Counted from the stretch's first letter, positions 1-7,280 are shown. The stretch: 20,564 bases of DNA from Anaerolineae bacterium (GCA_016928755.1 JAFGKB010000065.1:1-20564); one strand, 5' to 3'. A program made the numbers and translations. The notes: a model not told the origin generated them from the sequence alone.

Positions 1-40
1 ACGTTTTTCTCTGTCTGTCCTTCACAAAAGAGGTAAATAC

Positions 41-1294
41 TCATTCAACCACCTCCCCTGCTAACCGGAATTGCACAGGAGGCAAAAAATCACCCCAAAC
101 ACGTGGGTCCAACCCTGTTTCCAACCAGGTGAGTAAATTATCCGCATCAAACCAAGTAGATTTCAGATGACCTTGTTGCAGGTTGAGGAGAAAGGCTCTA
201 GTGTCATCGGGTGACAAGGCACCTTCCTGCAACATCTGAGTCAAGTGAGCAACCACTTCCAAACTATGAGAAACCATAAAAACTTGGATTGGTTTCCCGC
301 GTACAATATCAGCCACTTCTCGCAAAAGTTTACCTAATGTTTGTGGATTCTGAAACATCTCCGGCTCCTCCCACAGGAGCATAGCCGGCATAGCAGGTGT
401 AGCCAAGTGCGCAAGAGCAATGAGGGGCGTAAGTAGCTTGAAAGCGGACCGGGCACCATCTCCCCAGGCATCAATAGGTACAGCAGTACTCTCTTCCGGC
501 GCGATCCAGCCCTGAATAGCGTGTGGCTCATTTTTGGTAGGTAAAAACTGCACAGTAAAAGAGTCGGGAAGGTCAAAGATACGGGCAAAGCGTTGCGCTA
601 TTTTCTGGGTCCAGCCGGGGACCGTCGCCAACATCTCTTCATAAAAGTTCGCCGGCAAATGTTCCTGTACATTGAGCATATCATAATAAAGCACATGATT
701 AGCTGGGGGTAAATTGCCTTTTACCCACCAATTAGCACTTCCTTTGTAAAAATGAGTTAACTCCCGCTGCCAGCAAAAGACAAGTTTTTGATCATCTGGC
801 CAGTCTTCCAACGGGTGACCCATTAACTGAGTAGCAAATTCCATTAATCGGACTATCTCATCAGGGTTAGGTTGCAAACGAAATAGATATATTTGCAAAG
901 ACTCACGCTCAGTAAGCGGAGCATTATCAACAGCGAGATCAAAGGTATTAATAGGCACCCGTTCATCATCAACAGTAACTTGCAAGATATCCTGGCTAAA
1001 GCGATTACTACCATTTGTCACACCACTATGTTTGTGCCGTTTCGACAAATGATTAGTGGGATGCTGATTAAGCATATCTCTAGCTGGCAATCCAACAGTA
1101 TAGCTTTCAGAACGACCTTGGTCAGACACAATCAAACTAGCAGACCGGTTCGCCGTACTGGCTAAATAAATTAGTTCCAACACTGCTGTCTTACCCGCAT
1201 TATTTGGCCCCACAAGGAGGTTAAATTGGCGTAAACGGTCCAGTTTTCCAGTCCCAATACCACGAAAGTTATGAATCTCTAACTGTTCTATCAT
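41..1294 (-). CDS. ABC-type P-loop ATPase of the OLD/RecF-like (AAA_15/AAA_21) class with no fused nuclease domain. It is the downstream gene of the RAMP plus ATPase pair.
   Basis: The 417-aa ORF has an N-terminal 'LEIHNFRGI' motif typical of RecF/SMC/OLD-type ABC ATPases. Walker A is 'LLVGPNNAGKT'. A degenerate signature-like 'WGDGARSAF' sits upstream of Walker B 'AMLLWEEPE', and an H-loop 'FMVSHS' follows. I see no TOPRIM or HNH motif. The start ATG overlaps the stop of the upstream ORF (ATGA at 1291-1294). Confidence 0.8.
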   Translation of the reverse strand: MIEQLEIHNFRGIGTGKLDRLRQFNLLVGPNNAGKTAVLELIYLASTANRSASLIVSDQGRSESYTVGLPARDMLNQHPTNHLSKRHKHSGVTNGSNRFSQDILQVTVDDERVPINTFDLAVDNAPLTERESLQIYLFRLQPNPDEIVRLMEFATQLMGHPLEDWPDDQKLVFCWQRELTHFYKGSANWWVKGNLPPANHVLYYDMLNVQEHLPANFYEEMLATVPGWTQKIAQRFARIFDLPDSFTVQFLPTKNEPHAIQGWIAPEESTAVPIDAWGDGARSAFKLLTPLIALAHLATPAMPAMLLWEEPEMFQNPQTLGKLLREVADIVRGKPIQVFMVSHSLEVVAHLTQMLQEGALSPDDTRAFLLNLQQGHLKSTWFDADNLLTWLETGLDPRVWGDFLPPVQFRLAGEVVE

Positions 1295-2415
1295 ATCTCT
1301 GCCTCTGAAGGTAAAGTCTTATTAACAAAATCTTGTACTTGGATACTTGATAAAGACTGAAAAAATGTATCTGAAGAAGCAAAAGTTACCTCCGCAGTAC
1401 GATAACGAACCTTTAACGCACGCAACCATGTATCAGGTTTTCCTAAAACGGCTTGTAACCGTTGTCCTACTTCCTGCTGTTGGCTTTGTCTTACGTGTGG
1501 GGGATAAGCCCATCCACGTATCCGCCAAGTCGTCGAATCCGGTAATTGGTAAGCCCAACTCAAAACTATTTTACTACGACTACGCTTTTCACCATGCAAT
1601 GTGCCAAAAAATTGGTGGGGTAAAGAACCAGATGACCATGAAACACCATAACGCAGTACATTTCTCAAAGCTGGTGTTGTAGGTATAGTATGATAATGCA
1701 ATAGATCACTCACTTTGTTATGATGGTAATGCTCACGAATCACTCTGTCTATCCCTGGAACAGTCTGCCACCAATCGTCGCTCTGTGGCTCAAAGTTAAG
1801 AGCAAAAAAAGTAAAAGTACGTAAGTCAGGAAAATTATGGTTATTTTCGCCGCCAGTTAAAGTATTCCAACTGTAAGTTGACTGAGGTAGCTCATTCACT
1901 TTGACAATTGAGAATAATCCGTAACCAAGTTGAGGTCTAGCTCCCAAGTTACCCCATTTTTCAATAAATTTCAACAAAGCTAAAACAAAAGACTGTGTTT
2001 CAGGCTCTGCAATAATCTTAAGCTTGAGTGTCCCCATCTTCCCTGCGTTAAGATACCAACCATGATTACGGCCTGGAGGTTTAATATTTATTTGTCCACC
2101 TGACCAGGTATCACGCAATCCAGAACCATCCACTACTAACCGAAATCGACGCCGCCAGCCAGTAGCGCCAAATAGTTGACACGCATCACATAAGCCATCT
2201 TTGGAACTTTCCAAATCATAAACACAAGAGTGCTTTGTTGGATCACATACCCGCCCACCCAAGCCACGTACAATAGCTTCATACCACCAGCGCAGGCTAC
2301 CGATAATACCAGTTTCGTGGACGCGATCCATCTTACCAGATTCCACGCCGCCGGTCCACAGAGGCGTCAACATCTTGATTTCTAATTCCATTTCCAGCTC
2401 CACATAAAACAACAC
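1291..2415 (-). CDS. RAMP-superfamily (Cas7/Cmr-like RRM-fold) protein with no CRISPR array or other cas genes in the window.
   Basis: The 374-aa ORF has a beta-1 'KMLTPLWTGG' that resembles the TPLhIGGG of Cmr1/Cmr6/Csm5. The helix 'GIIGSLRWWYEAIVRG' resembles IPGSS[LI]KGxLR. A Cys/His cluster (C-x4-H-x-C ... C-x2-C) is followed directly by 'QLFGATGWRRRF', as in the CxxC-(R/K)LFG of Csm3/Cmr4/Cmr6. A G-rich loop 'GARPQLGYGLF' lies about 165 residues in. The remaining 200 aa are unassigned but include 'FFGTLHG'. Three in-frame ATGs are possible at 2415, 2391 and 2373, and the one at 2391 has GGAG 7 nt upstream. AT-rich codon usage matches the ATPase gene and differs from the neighbouring genes. 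Confidence 0.6.
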   Translation of the reverse strand: MLFYVELEMELEIKMLTPLWTGGVESGKMDRVHETGIIGSLRWWYEAIVRGLGGRVCDPTKHSCVYDLESSKDGLCDACQLFGATGWRRRFRLVVDGSGLRDTWSGGQINIKPPGRNHGWYLNAGKMGTLKLKIIAEPETQSFVLALLKFIEKWGNLGARPQLGYGLFSIVKVNELPQSTYSWNTLTGGENNHNFPDLRTFTFFALNFEPQSDDWWQTVPGIDRVIREHYHHNKVSDLLHYHTIPTTPALRNVLRYGVSWSSGSLPHQFFGTLHGEKRSRSKIVLSWAYQLPDSTTWRIRGWAYPPHVRQSQQQEVGQRLQAVLGKPDTWLRALKVRYRTAEVTFASSDTFFQSLSSIQVQDFVNKTLPSEAEI

Positions 2416-2512
2416 ATATTAGGCGTTTCAGAAATAACAAGAATACTAAAGTTGTTGCCGCGAATCAACCAGGCCAGGAAAAATCGTTGCCGAATTCAGC
2501 TACACCTAACTC

Positions 2513-3448
2513 TCACACCACCAACCACTCATAGAGGCCATTGAAGGTGATATACGGGCAGACTATTTCTTCACAGAGGATGGTTTGCGTGGCGGCGGCC
2601 ATACCAAGCCGCACTGCTTCTTCAGGGGAGACACCTTCTAACAAAGCATAGGCAACCGCGGCCGTCAGTGCATCGCCGGCACCGGCGGGGTCAACCACCT
2701 CCACCGGGAAAGCCGGCAGGCGTCCGCTCTCCTCTGGTGTGGCATAAGCAAGTCCATCTGCGCCCAGCGTGATAATGGCGAGGTCAACGCCTAATTGCAC
2801 CAGCCGCCGCGCCCCCTGGACGATATCCCCCTCACTAGAAAGGCTATCCCCCAAGAGACTTTCCGCCTCAGCCAGACCTGGGGTGAGCACACTGATTTCA
2901 GGAAAATAGGGGTGCAACCGGTGGGATAACAGAACCGCCGTGGGATCAACACAAACCGGGACATCATATTGATGCGCCAACCGGAAAACAGTCTTCAATG
3001 TCGCGGCAGAGAGATTCGCATCAATACAGACCATCTCAGTCTCGCTAAATAGCCGACGATTGCGGTTCAGATAGCCGGGGGTGATCTCACGTATGATCTT
3101 CATATCATCAAAGGCCACCCAGAGTTGCCCATCCAGATGGTGGAAAGCGGCATAGGATGCAGTAGACCGCTCAGGGATTTTGAGGGCGTGTTCTGTGTCC
3201 ACCCCCATCTCATGGAGGTTTTCCAACAGCCGTTGGCCATCGGCATCATCACCCACAGCGGTGATAAATTGGACATTCGCCCCTAAGCGGGCCAGGTTCT
3301 CGGCTATATTCCGGGCCACCCCGCCCCACCCCCAACGAATCTGGCCAGGATTGGAGCATCCCGATTCAATGGTCTCCGTGCGTGGCCAGACCTGCACATC
3401 CATTGTAGCCGCACCTATCACTAATAAGCTATGCTCTCCGTAACTCAT
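2513..3448 (-). CDS. PfkB-family carbohydrate/nucleoside kinase, pseudouridine kinase (YeiC/PsuK)-like.
   Basis: The 311-aa ORF has an N-terminal 'LLVIGAATMDV...SNPGQIRWGWGGVARNIAENLARLGANVQFITAVGDDADGQRLL' that closely matches the N-terminus of the pseudouridine kinase/ribokinase family. The C-terminal 'VVDPAGAGDALTAAVAYALLEG' is the PfkB anion-hole/catalytic DPxGAGD motif. The start overlaps the stop of the upstream ORF (ATGA at 3445-3448). Confidence 0.85.
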   Translation of the reverse strand: MSYGEHSLLVIGAATMDVQVWPRTETIESGCSNPGQIRWGWGGVARNIAENLARLGANVQFITAVGDDADGQRLLENLHEMGVDTEHALKIPERSTASYAAFHHLDGQLWVAFDDMKIIREITPGYLNRNRRLFSETEMVCIDANLSAATLKTVFRLAHQYDVPVCVDPTAVLLSHRLHPYFPEISVLTPGLAEAESLLGDSLSSEGDIVQGARRLVQLGVDLAIITLGADGLAYATPEESGRLPAFPVEVVDPAGAGDALTAAVAYALLEGVSPEEAVRLGMAAATQTILCEEIVCPYITFNGLYEWLVV

Positions 3449-4413
3449 ATTCCATCCTCCAAATCCTGTCTGATTAAAACTCGTGGTATTACCCTAGGAA
3501 CCCACTCCGAATCACCGGGGGCCTTAACCGGGCGCGAAAGAACACGCCCATCCCCCCGGCGCACAAACGGCCGATCGGTCGTTAAAACAATCTCATTAAC
3601 CAGGAATGCAGGAGAGATTACTTCCACCAGCAGCATATCGCCAGCGCGGCTCTCTTTTACCCATTGGCCATCTAGGAGAGCACGGAATATTAAATAATTG
3701 GCCTGGGGCCGGAATTCAAATAGAGATAAGCTATCTATATTTAACGGCACATTGCCGGATTCCACGTCATCGCAAAGTGCCTCGATAGGCATCGAAATCC
3801 GCGCAGGATAGATCGGGATCAAATCCTTACGCGCAAAGTGACTGTTATCAAGTTCATAGACCGGGACAAGGACAAAAAACTCATCCGGGGGGAGTTCTTG
3901 GGAGTCCTGGATATCTGTAATCCACTGTGATAAGTGTTGGCAGTCAATAACACGCTTATCATACCCCTCAAAGTTCCAATAATAACCACTTGCCCCCAAT
4001 AACTCCAGGGCTAAGACAAAAGACTGGGTAGCCTTAATGTCCGCACGGAGGGCAAAATGCAATATCCCCTCCAGGTAAGCGGCAATGGCCTCATTGTAAC
4101 GGGCGGTTGGCGTCACCACCATGCGCAACCAATCTGAGGCCCTGGAACAAGCCTCCAGGGCCTCTTCCCAACGCAACAAACTGCGGAACAGGTCCGCTTT
4201 ATAAAGCAAGGCTAAGGCAGCCGTATGCCGGTCGCCCTTAGACCACGAGATAGAGAAAACCCGCTCCACGAAACTCAGGGCCGCTTCGAACTGCCCGGCC
4301 AGGATATGCTGACGGGCCTGGTTATCCAGCATATCCCGCAAAAGCTGTGGCACATCCCTTAACTCTAACAGGTACAGGGGAGCCAGTTCTCCAGGAATGC
4401 AAATAAACCGCAT
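3445..4413 (-). CDS. Hypothetical protein with an alpha-helical TPR-like N-terminal region and a possible degenerate LexA/S24-like beta-barrel C-terminal region.
   Basis: The 322-aa ORF fills the gap exactly between the SPFH gene (9 nt upstream) and the kinase (4-nt overlap), which fits translational coupling. I recognise no clear family. The C-terminal 'ANYLIFRALLDGQWVKESRAGDMLLVEV...IVLTTDRPFVRRGDGRVLSRP...PRVIPRVLIRQ' can be aligned by eye to the LexA C-terminal domain ([16 protein letters not shown]...VVARIDDEVTVKRL...GVIR), but Ser is absent at the GMSM position and Arg replaces the dyad Lys. Confidence 0.55.
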   Translation of the reverse strand: MRFICIPGELAPLYLLELRDVPQLLRDMLDNQARQHILAGQFEAALSFVERVFSISWSKGDRHTAALALLYKADLFRSLLRWEEALEACSRASDWLRMVVTPTARYNEAIAAYLEGILHFALRADIKATQSFVLALELLGASGYYWNFEGYDKRVIDCQHLSQWITDIQDSQELPPDEFFVLVPVYELDNSHFARKDLIPIYPARISMPIEALCDDVESGNVPLNIDSLSLFEFRPQANYLIFRALLDGQWVKESRAGDMLLVEVISPAFLVNEIVLTTDRPFVRRGDGRVLSRPVKAPGDSEWVPRVIPRVLIRQDLEDGI

Positions 4414-4422
4414 AACGTCCTT

Positions 4423-5727
4423 TTAATCTTGCGTTATTAAAACATTTGAGGAATTATCAGCACCACCAAAGTTACCGCCATCGGCTTGCAAGACATTGAT
4501 GATCTGCATCAAACTCTCGATTTGTTTAAACATCTCTTTTTGAACTTCAGGATCACGTTCGACCATCGAGCGCAACACATCGACAAAGCTAAGCACAATC
4601 AGTTGTGATGGAACTTCAACGCCATTATTGACCATATGCTGAACGTCTTTTAACATAGTCGTAACTAAATTCGCTTCAGCACTGATACGAGCCTGCATAA
4701 CTACATCCGTGTATTTTGCTTCACCCTCATTGACTTTACGGTCAGCATAACTCTGTAACTTAGCCTGCCAGAATTCCAGCCATTGGCGCGAGATCGCCTC
4801 TTCGGCAGGCATAATAGGCCCAAGTTGCACGCTCTCAACCTCAATTCCCAGGTTAGCCCCGGCTTTCTTGGCCGCCCCCTCAAGCTGTACCTCAAGTGAA
4901 CCTAAAGTCTGTGGCTCAAGTTCCCTTTCCGGTTGCCCCTCTTCAGACCAATACTGGGGATTCAACAACTGGTCAAGGCGGTACTGTTCAAGCAAGTCAC
5001 GAATATCACCATCTAACACGCCCCCAGATATACGCCCGGTCCAATCTTGGAAAACACCCTCCCCCTTGACCCGCTTAATAGTTGTAGCGGTCATAATTGC
5101 CTCTTCAGAGAAGGGATAGGGTACAGATTCCGTCGGTGGCTCTTCACCACTGCTAATCCGGAAACGGATATCGGCTTCACAATGAGCCGGGATACCATCA
5201 CGGGTCATAAATTCAACTTCAACGGTCCGTCGCTGGGGGCGCAGGTCGACAACTTCCCAAACCCGCTCAAAAGCCTCTAATTTATGGAACCCCGGTTTGA
5301 GGATCCGCTTGAGTTTACCAAACTGGGAAGTGACTACCGCGCTATCATGGCTCACACCAAGGAAACCCGGCCCACCCAATTTAAGCATCGTTGCCGGGCC
5401 ATCGGGGTCGGTGTGGCCTTCTCGCACACTTAAAACAGGACTAAACGGAGGTTGTTTCGGCAAGCCAAAGACAATACGATTGACCAGGTCCCAGGCATCA
5501 TCAAAAGACAAGTCATAAAAGCTCTGAGCAAACTGGATCAACACACCGATGGAAGCGGCAAAAGCCAGCCCCAGACTCATACCAAAAGCCATTACCAGTA
5601 TAAAGAAGGTCAACTGCCGCTCAGAATAGAGGCTAGGAAAACCAAAGAGCAGCAATACAGCAAAGACTAGGGTAAAGATAACAACACTCAGACCAATAAC
5701 AGTTCTCGCATTAATTTTGCCACTCAT
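4423..5727 (-). CDS. Membrane-anchored SPFH/band-7 (flotillin/stomatin-like) protein.
   Basis: The 434-aa ORF has two N-terminal hydrophobic helices. The next segment, 'KLGGPGFLGVSHDS...LKPGFHKLEAFERVWEVVDLRPQRRTVEVEFMTRDGIPAHCEADIRFRI', follows the SPFH core pattern (PGhh..hP...h..VDhR.Q.h......TKD.h.h.hd..h.aRI). The C-terminal part is Ala/Glu/Gln-rich and coiled-coil-like, as in flotillins. Confidence 0.7.
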   Translation of the reverse strand: MSGKINARTVIGLSVVIFTLVFAVLLLFGFPSLYSERQLTFFILVMAFGMSLGLAFAASIGVLIQFAQSFYDLSFDDAWDLVNRIVFGLPKQPPFSPVLSVREGHTDPDGPATMLKLGGPGFLGVSHDSAVVTSQFGKLKRILKPGFHKLEAFERVWEVVDLRPQRRTVEVEFMTRDGIPAHCEADIRFRISSGEEPPTESVPYPFSEEAIMTATTIKRVKGEGVFQDWTGRISGGVLDGDIRDLLEQYRLDQLLNPQYWSEEGQPERELEPQTLGSLEVQLEGAAKKAGANLGIEVESVQLGPIMPAEEAISRQWLEFWQAKLQSYADRKVNEGEAKYTDVVMQARISAEANLVTTMLKDVQHMVNNGVEVPSQLIVLSFVDVLRSMVERDPEVQKEMFKQIESLMQIINVLQADGGNFGGADNSSNVLITQD

Positions 5728-5729
5728 GC

Positions 5730-7280
5730 TTACCCCTCCTTTTCCTTCTTAGTTTCCGGCTCTCGTTTAGTTTCTTTAGCCTTTTTGCGCAGGTTAACAA
5801 GTGCCGGCAACGCCAATTCAGGCAGCAAAGGCCGGACCTCTGGACTACGGGCAATACTCTCTAACGAGTCCAGGAGGTGATAAGCTATCAGATTATGTGT
5901 CAGTTTGCCATCCGCATGCTGGAGCTGGGCACTGGTTTTCTCCAAGAGCTTGTGAACCAAATCAACCCGTGCCTTACTCTGCGCCTCGGCAAATGCCTTA
6001 AAGCGCTCAGCCTGAGTCTGAGCCTGCCATTCCATAATTTTCCCGGTCCAGCTCGCTTTCCAGGCTTCAATACGCTGCTCGGTAACGCCCTGATCAGTAG
6101 GATAAATCTTATTTCCCACCCCACCCCCAAGAACCTTAAAGCCTTTGGCTTCCAGAGTCTCTTTAACAACTTCTCGTACTGCCGCACCTAAATCGGCTCG
6201 GACGGGTTTCTCAGTATTGGGGTTAGCATACAAATGGTTCAGACTATACTGGGCAACCACCTTCTTAAGCTGTGGAATTGCAACCCTAAGAGGTAAGTCT
6301 AACCAGGGAAAGGCATCGTGAGCTTTCAGCGGTGTCTTGCCCTGGGGATTAACTTCGGCAGCAGAAAAAACTACTTTAAAAGCATCACTCTTCCGGTATG
6401 GCCAGGGCTGCCCTAATTGGATTTGCCCGTCACCGGGGTTAACCTGGAAGATAGATGAGATCGGCAAACTAACACTTATACCGTCTCGTGTGATAGCTTC
6501 TACTCGCTGCGCCCTTAATTGCGGGCGCAGGTCAAGGACAGAGTGTATTAAATCCCCACTCTCAGTAAAAATCACACCAGGACCATCAATCCGGCGAATA
6601 TCGGAAGAACCCTTGATTACGATTGCATTATGCGGCTCAGACATCACCCAACCGGGGCCAGACCCTAAGAAGGGATTCCCCTTGATGCGCGGCTCAGCTT
6701 TACCATCCACCACCATCCAGGTATTCTTGGGAAAGGTCGTGAAAAACCCAACGATTAGAGAAAGTGTTTTACGCAGCTTTCCTTCTTCCTCTGGGTCAAC
6801 AGGGATAATTAAAGATCCCCAAAGCACCAGGGCAAAAATAGCGCAGAGGGGCGGAAGTCCCATAAAAAGGAGATAGAGCAAAAGTTGCGCCACCGTAAAA
6901 TCGTAAAACATAAGCAAGACCCCGCCCAGACCCAAAGGGACCAAGACGCCCACCAGAAAGACCGCCGGAATAGAAACAGGGACTATCTTGGTCCACATAA
7001 TGAAGATTAGGAAAGGTACCAGGGGGATACAAATACTCAACAGCAAAACAGATAGCATATGAGACGGCAACACCCCAAGCCACAACAGACCGGGCAAGGG
7101 CCACAATAAAACACCCCACATGCCTAAAATTGCCGCCAGAGTACGCGAAAGCGGGTCAACAAATTTTTTCTTAGGCGCAGGAGGTTTTTTAATGGTGTTC
7201 ATAAAAATATACACAGCACCCGTCATATAGATAATGAATATTAGCAAACGTAGCAACATACTACCTCCTCCCCACAGCAA
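5730..7280 (-). CDS. Polytopic membrane protein with a C-terminal SPFH/band-7 domain, a paralogue of the downstream gene.
   Basis: The 516-aa ORF has about six predicted TM helices in the first 170 aa. It then reads 'IDGPGVIFTESGDLIHSVLDLRPQLRAQRVEAITRDGISVSLPISSIFQV', an SPFH-like core that also matches 'GPGF...VVDLRPQ' in the 4423-5727 product. The tail is coiled-coil-like and ends with a Lys/Glu-rich C-terminus. RBS GGAGGAGG lies 7-14 nt upstream (7283-7295 on the minus strand). The stop is 2 nt from the next start. Confidence 0.65.
   Translation of the reverse strand: MLWGGGSMLLRLLIFIIYMTGAVYIFMNTIKKPPAPKKKFVDPLSRTLAAILGMWGVLLWPLPGLLWLGVLPSHMLSVLLLSICIPLVPFLIFIMWTKIVPVSIPAVFLVGVLVPLGLGGVLLMFYDFTVAQLLLYLLFMGLPPLCAIFALVLWGSLIIPVDPEEEGKLRKTLSLIVGFFTTFPKNTWMVVDGKAEPRIKGNPFLGSGPGWVMSEPHNAIVIKGSSDIRRIDGPGVIFTESGDLIHSVLDLRPQLRAQRVEAITRDGISVSLPISSIFQVNPGDGQIQLGQPWPYRKSDAFKVVFSAAEVNPQGKTPLKAHDAFPWLDLPLRVAIPQLKKVVAQYSLNHLYANPNTEKPVRADLGAAVREVVKETLEAKGFKVLGGGVGNKIYPTDQGVTEQRIEAWKASWTGKIMEWQAQTQAERFKAFAEAQSKARVDLVHKLLEKTSAQLQHADGKLTHNLIAYHLLDSLESIARSPEVRPLLPELALPALVNLRKKAKETKREPETKKEKEG

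Noticed and set aside
334-1682. Small ORFs nested in or antisense to the ATPase and RAMP genes (334-588 -, 893-1165 +, 1347-1682 +).
   Set aside because: They lie entirely within longer, motif-rich ORFs, have no RBS and are of low complexity. I regard them as spurious.
3180-3788. Plus-strand ORFs 3180-3443, 3431-3697 and 3606-3788, which overlap the kinase and the unknown gene on the opposite strand.
   Set aside because: Their products are Arg/Ser/Pro-rich and typical of antisense frames of GC-rich genes. They have no start context.
4701-7119. Multiple 60-180-aa ORFs antisense to or out of frame with the two SPFH genes, for example 6337-6876 + of 179 aa and 5877-6191 +.
   Set aside because: They are fully contained in the SPFH genes, have no recognisable motifs and no RBS.
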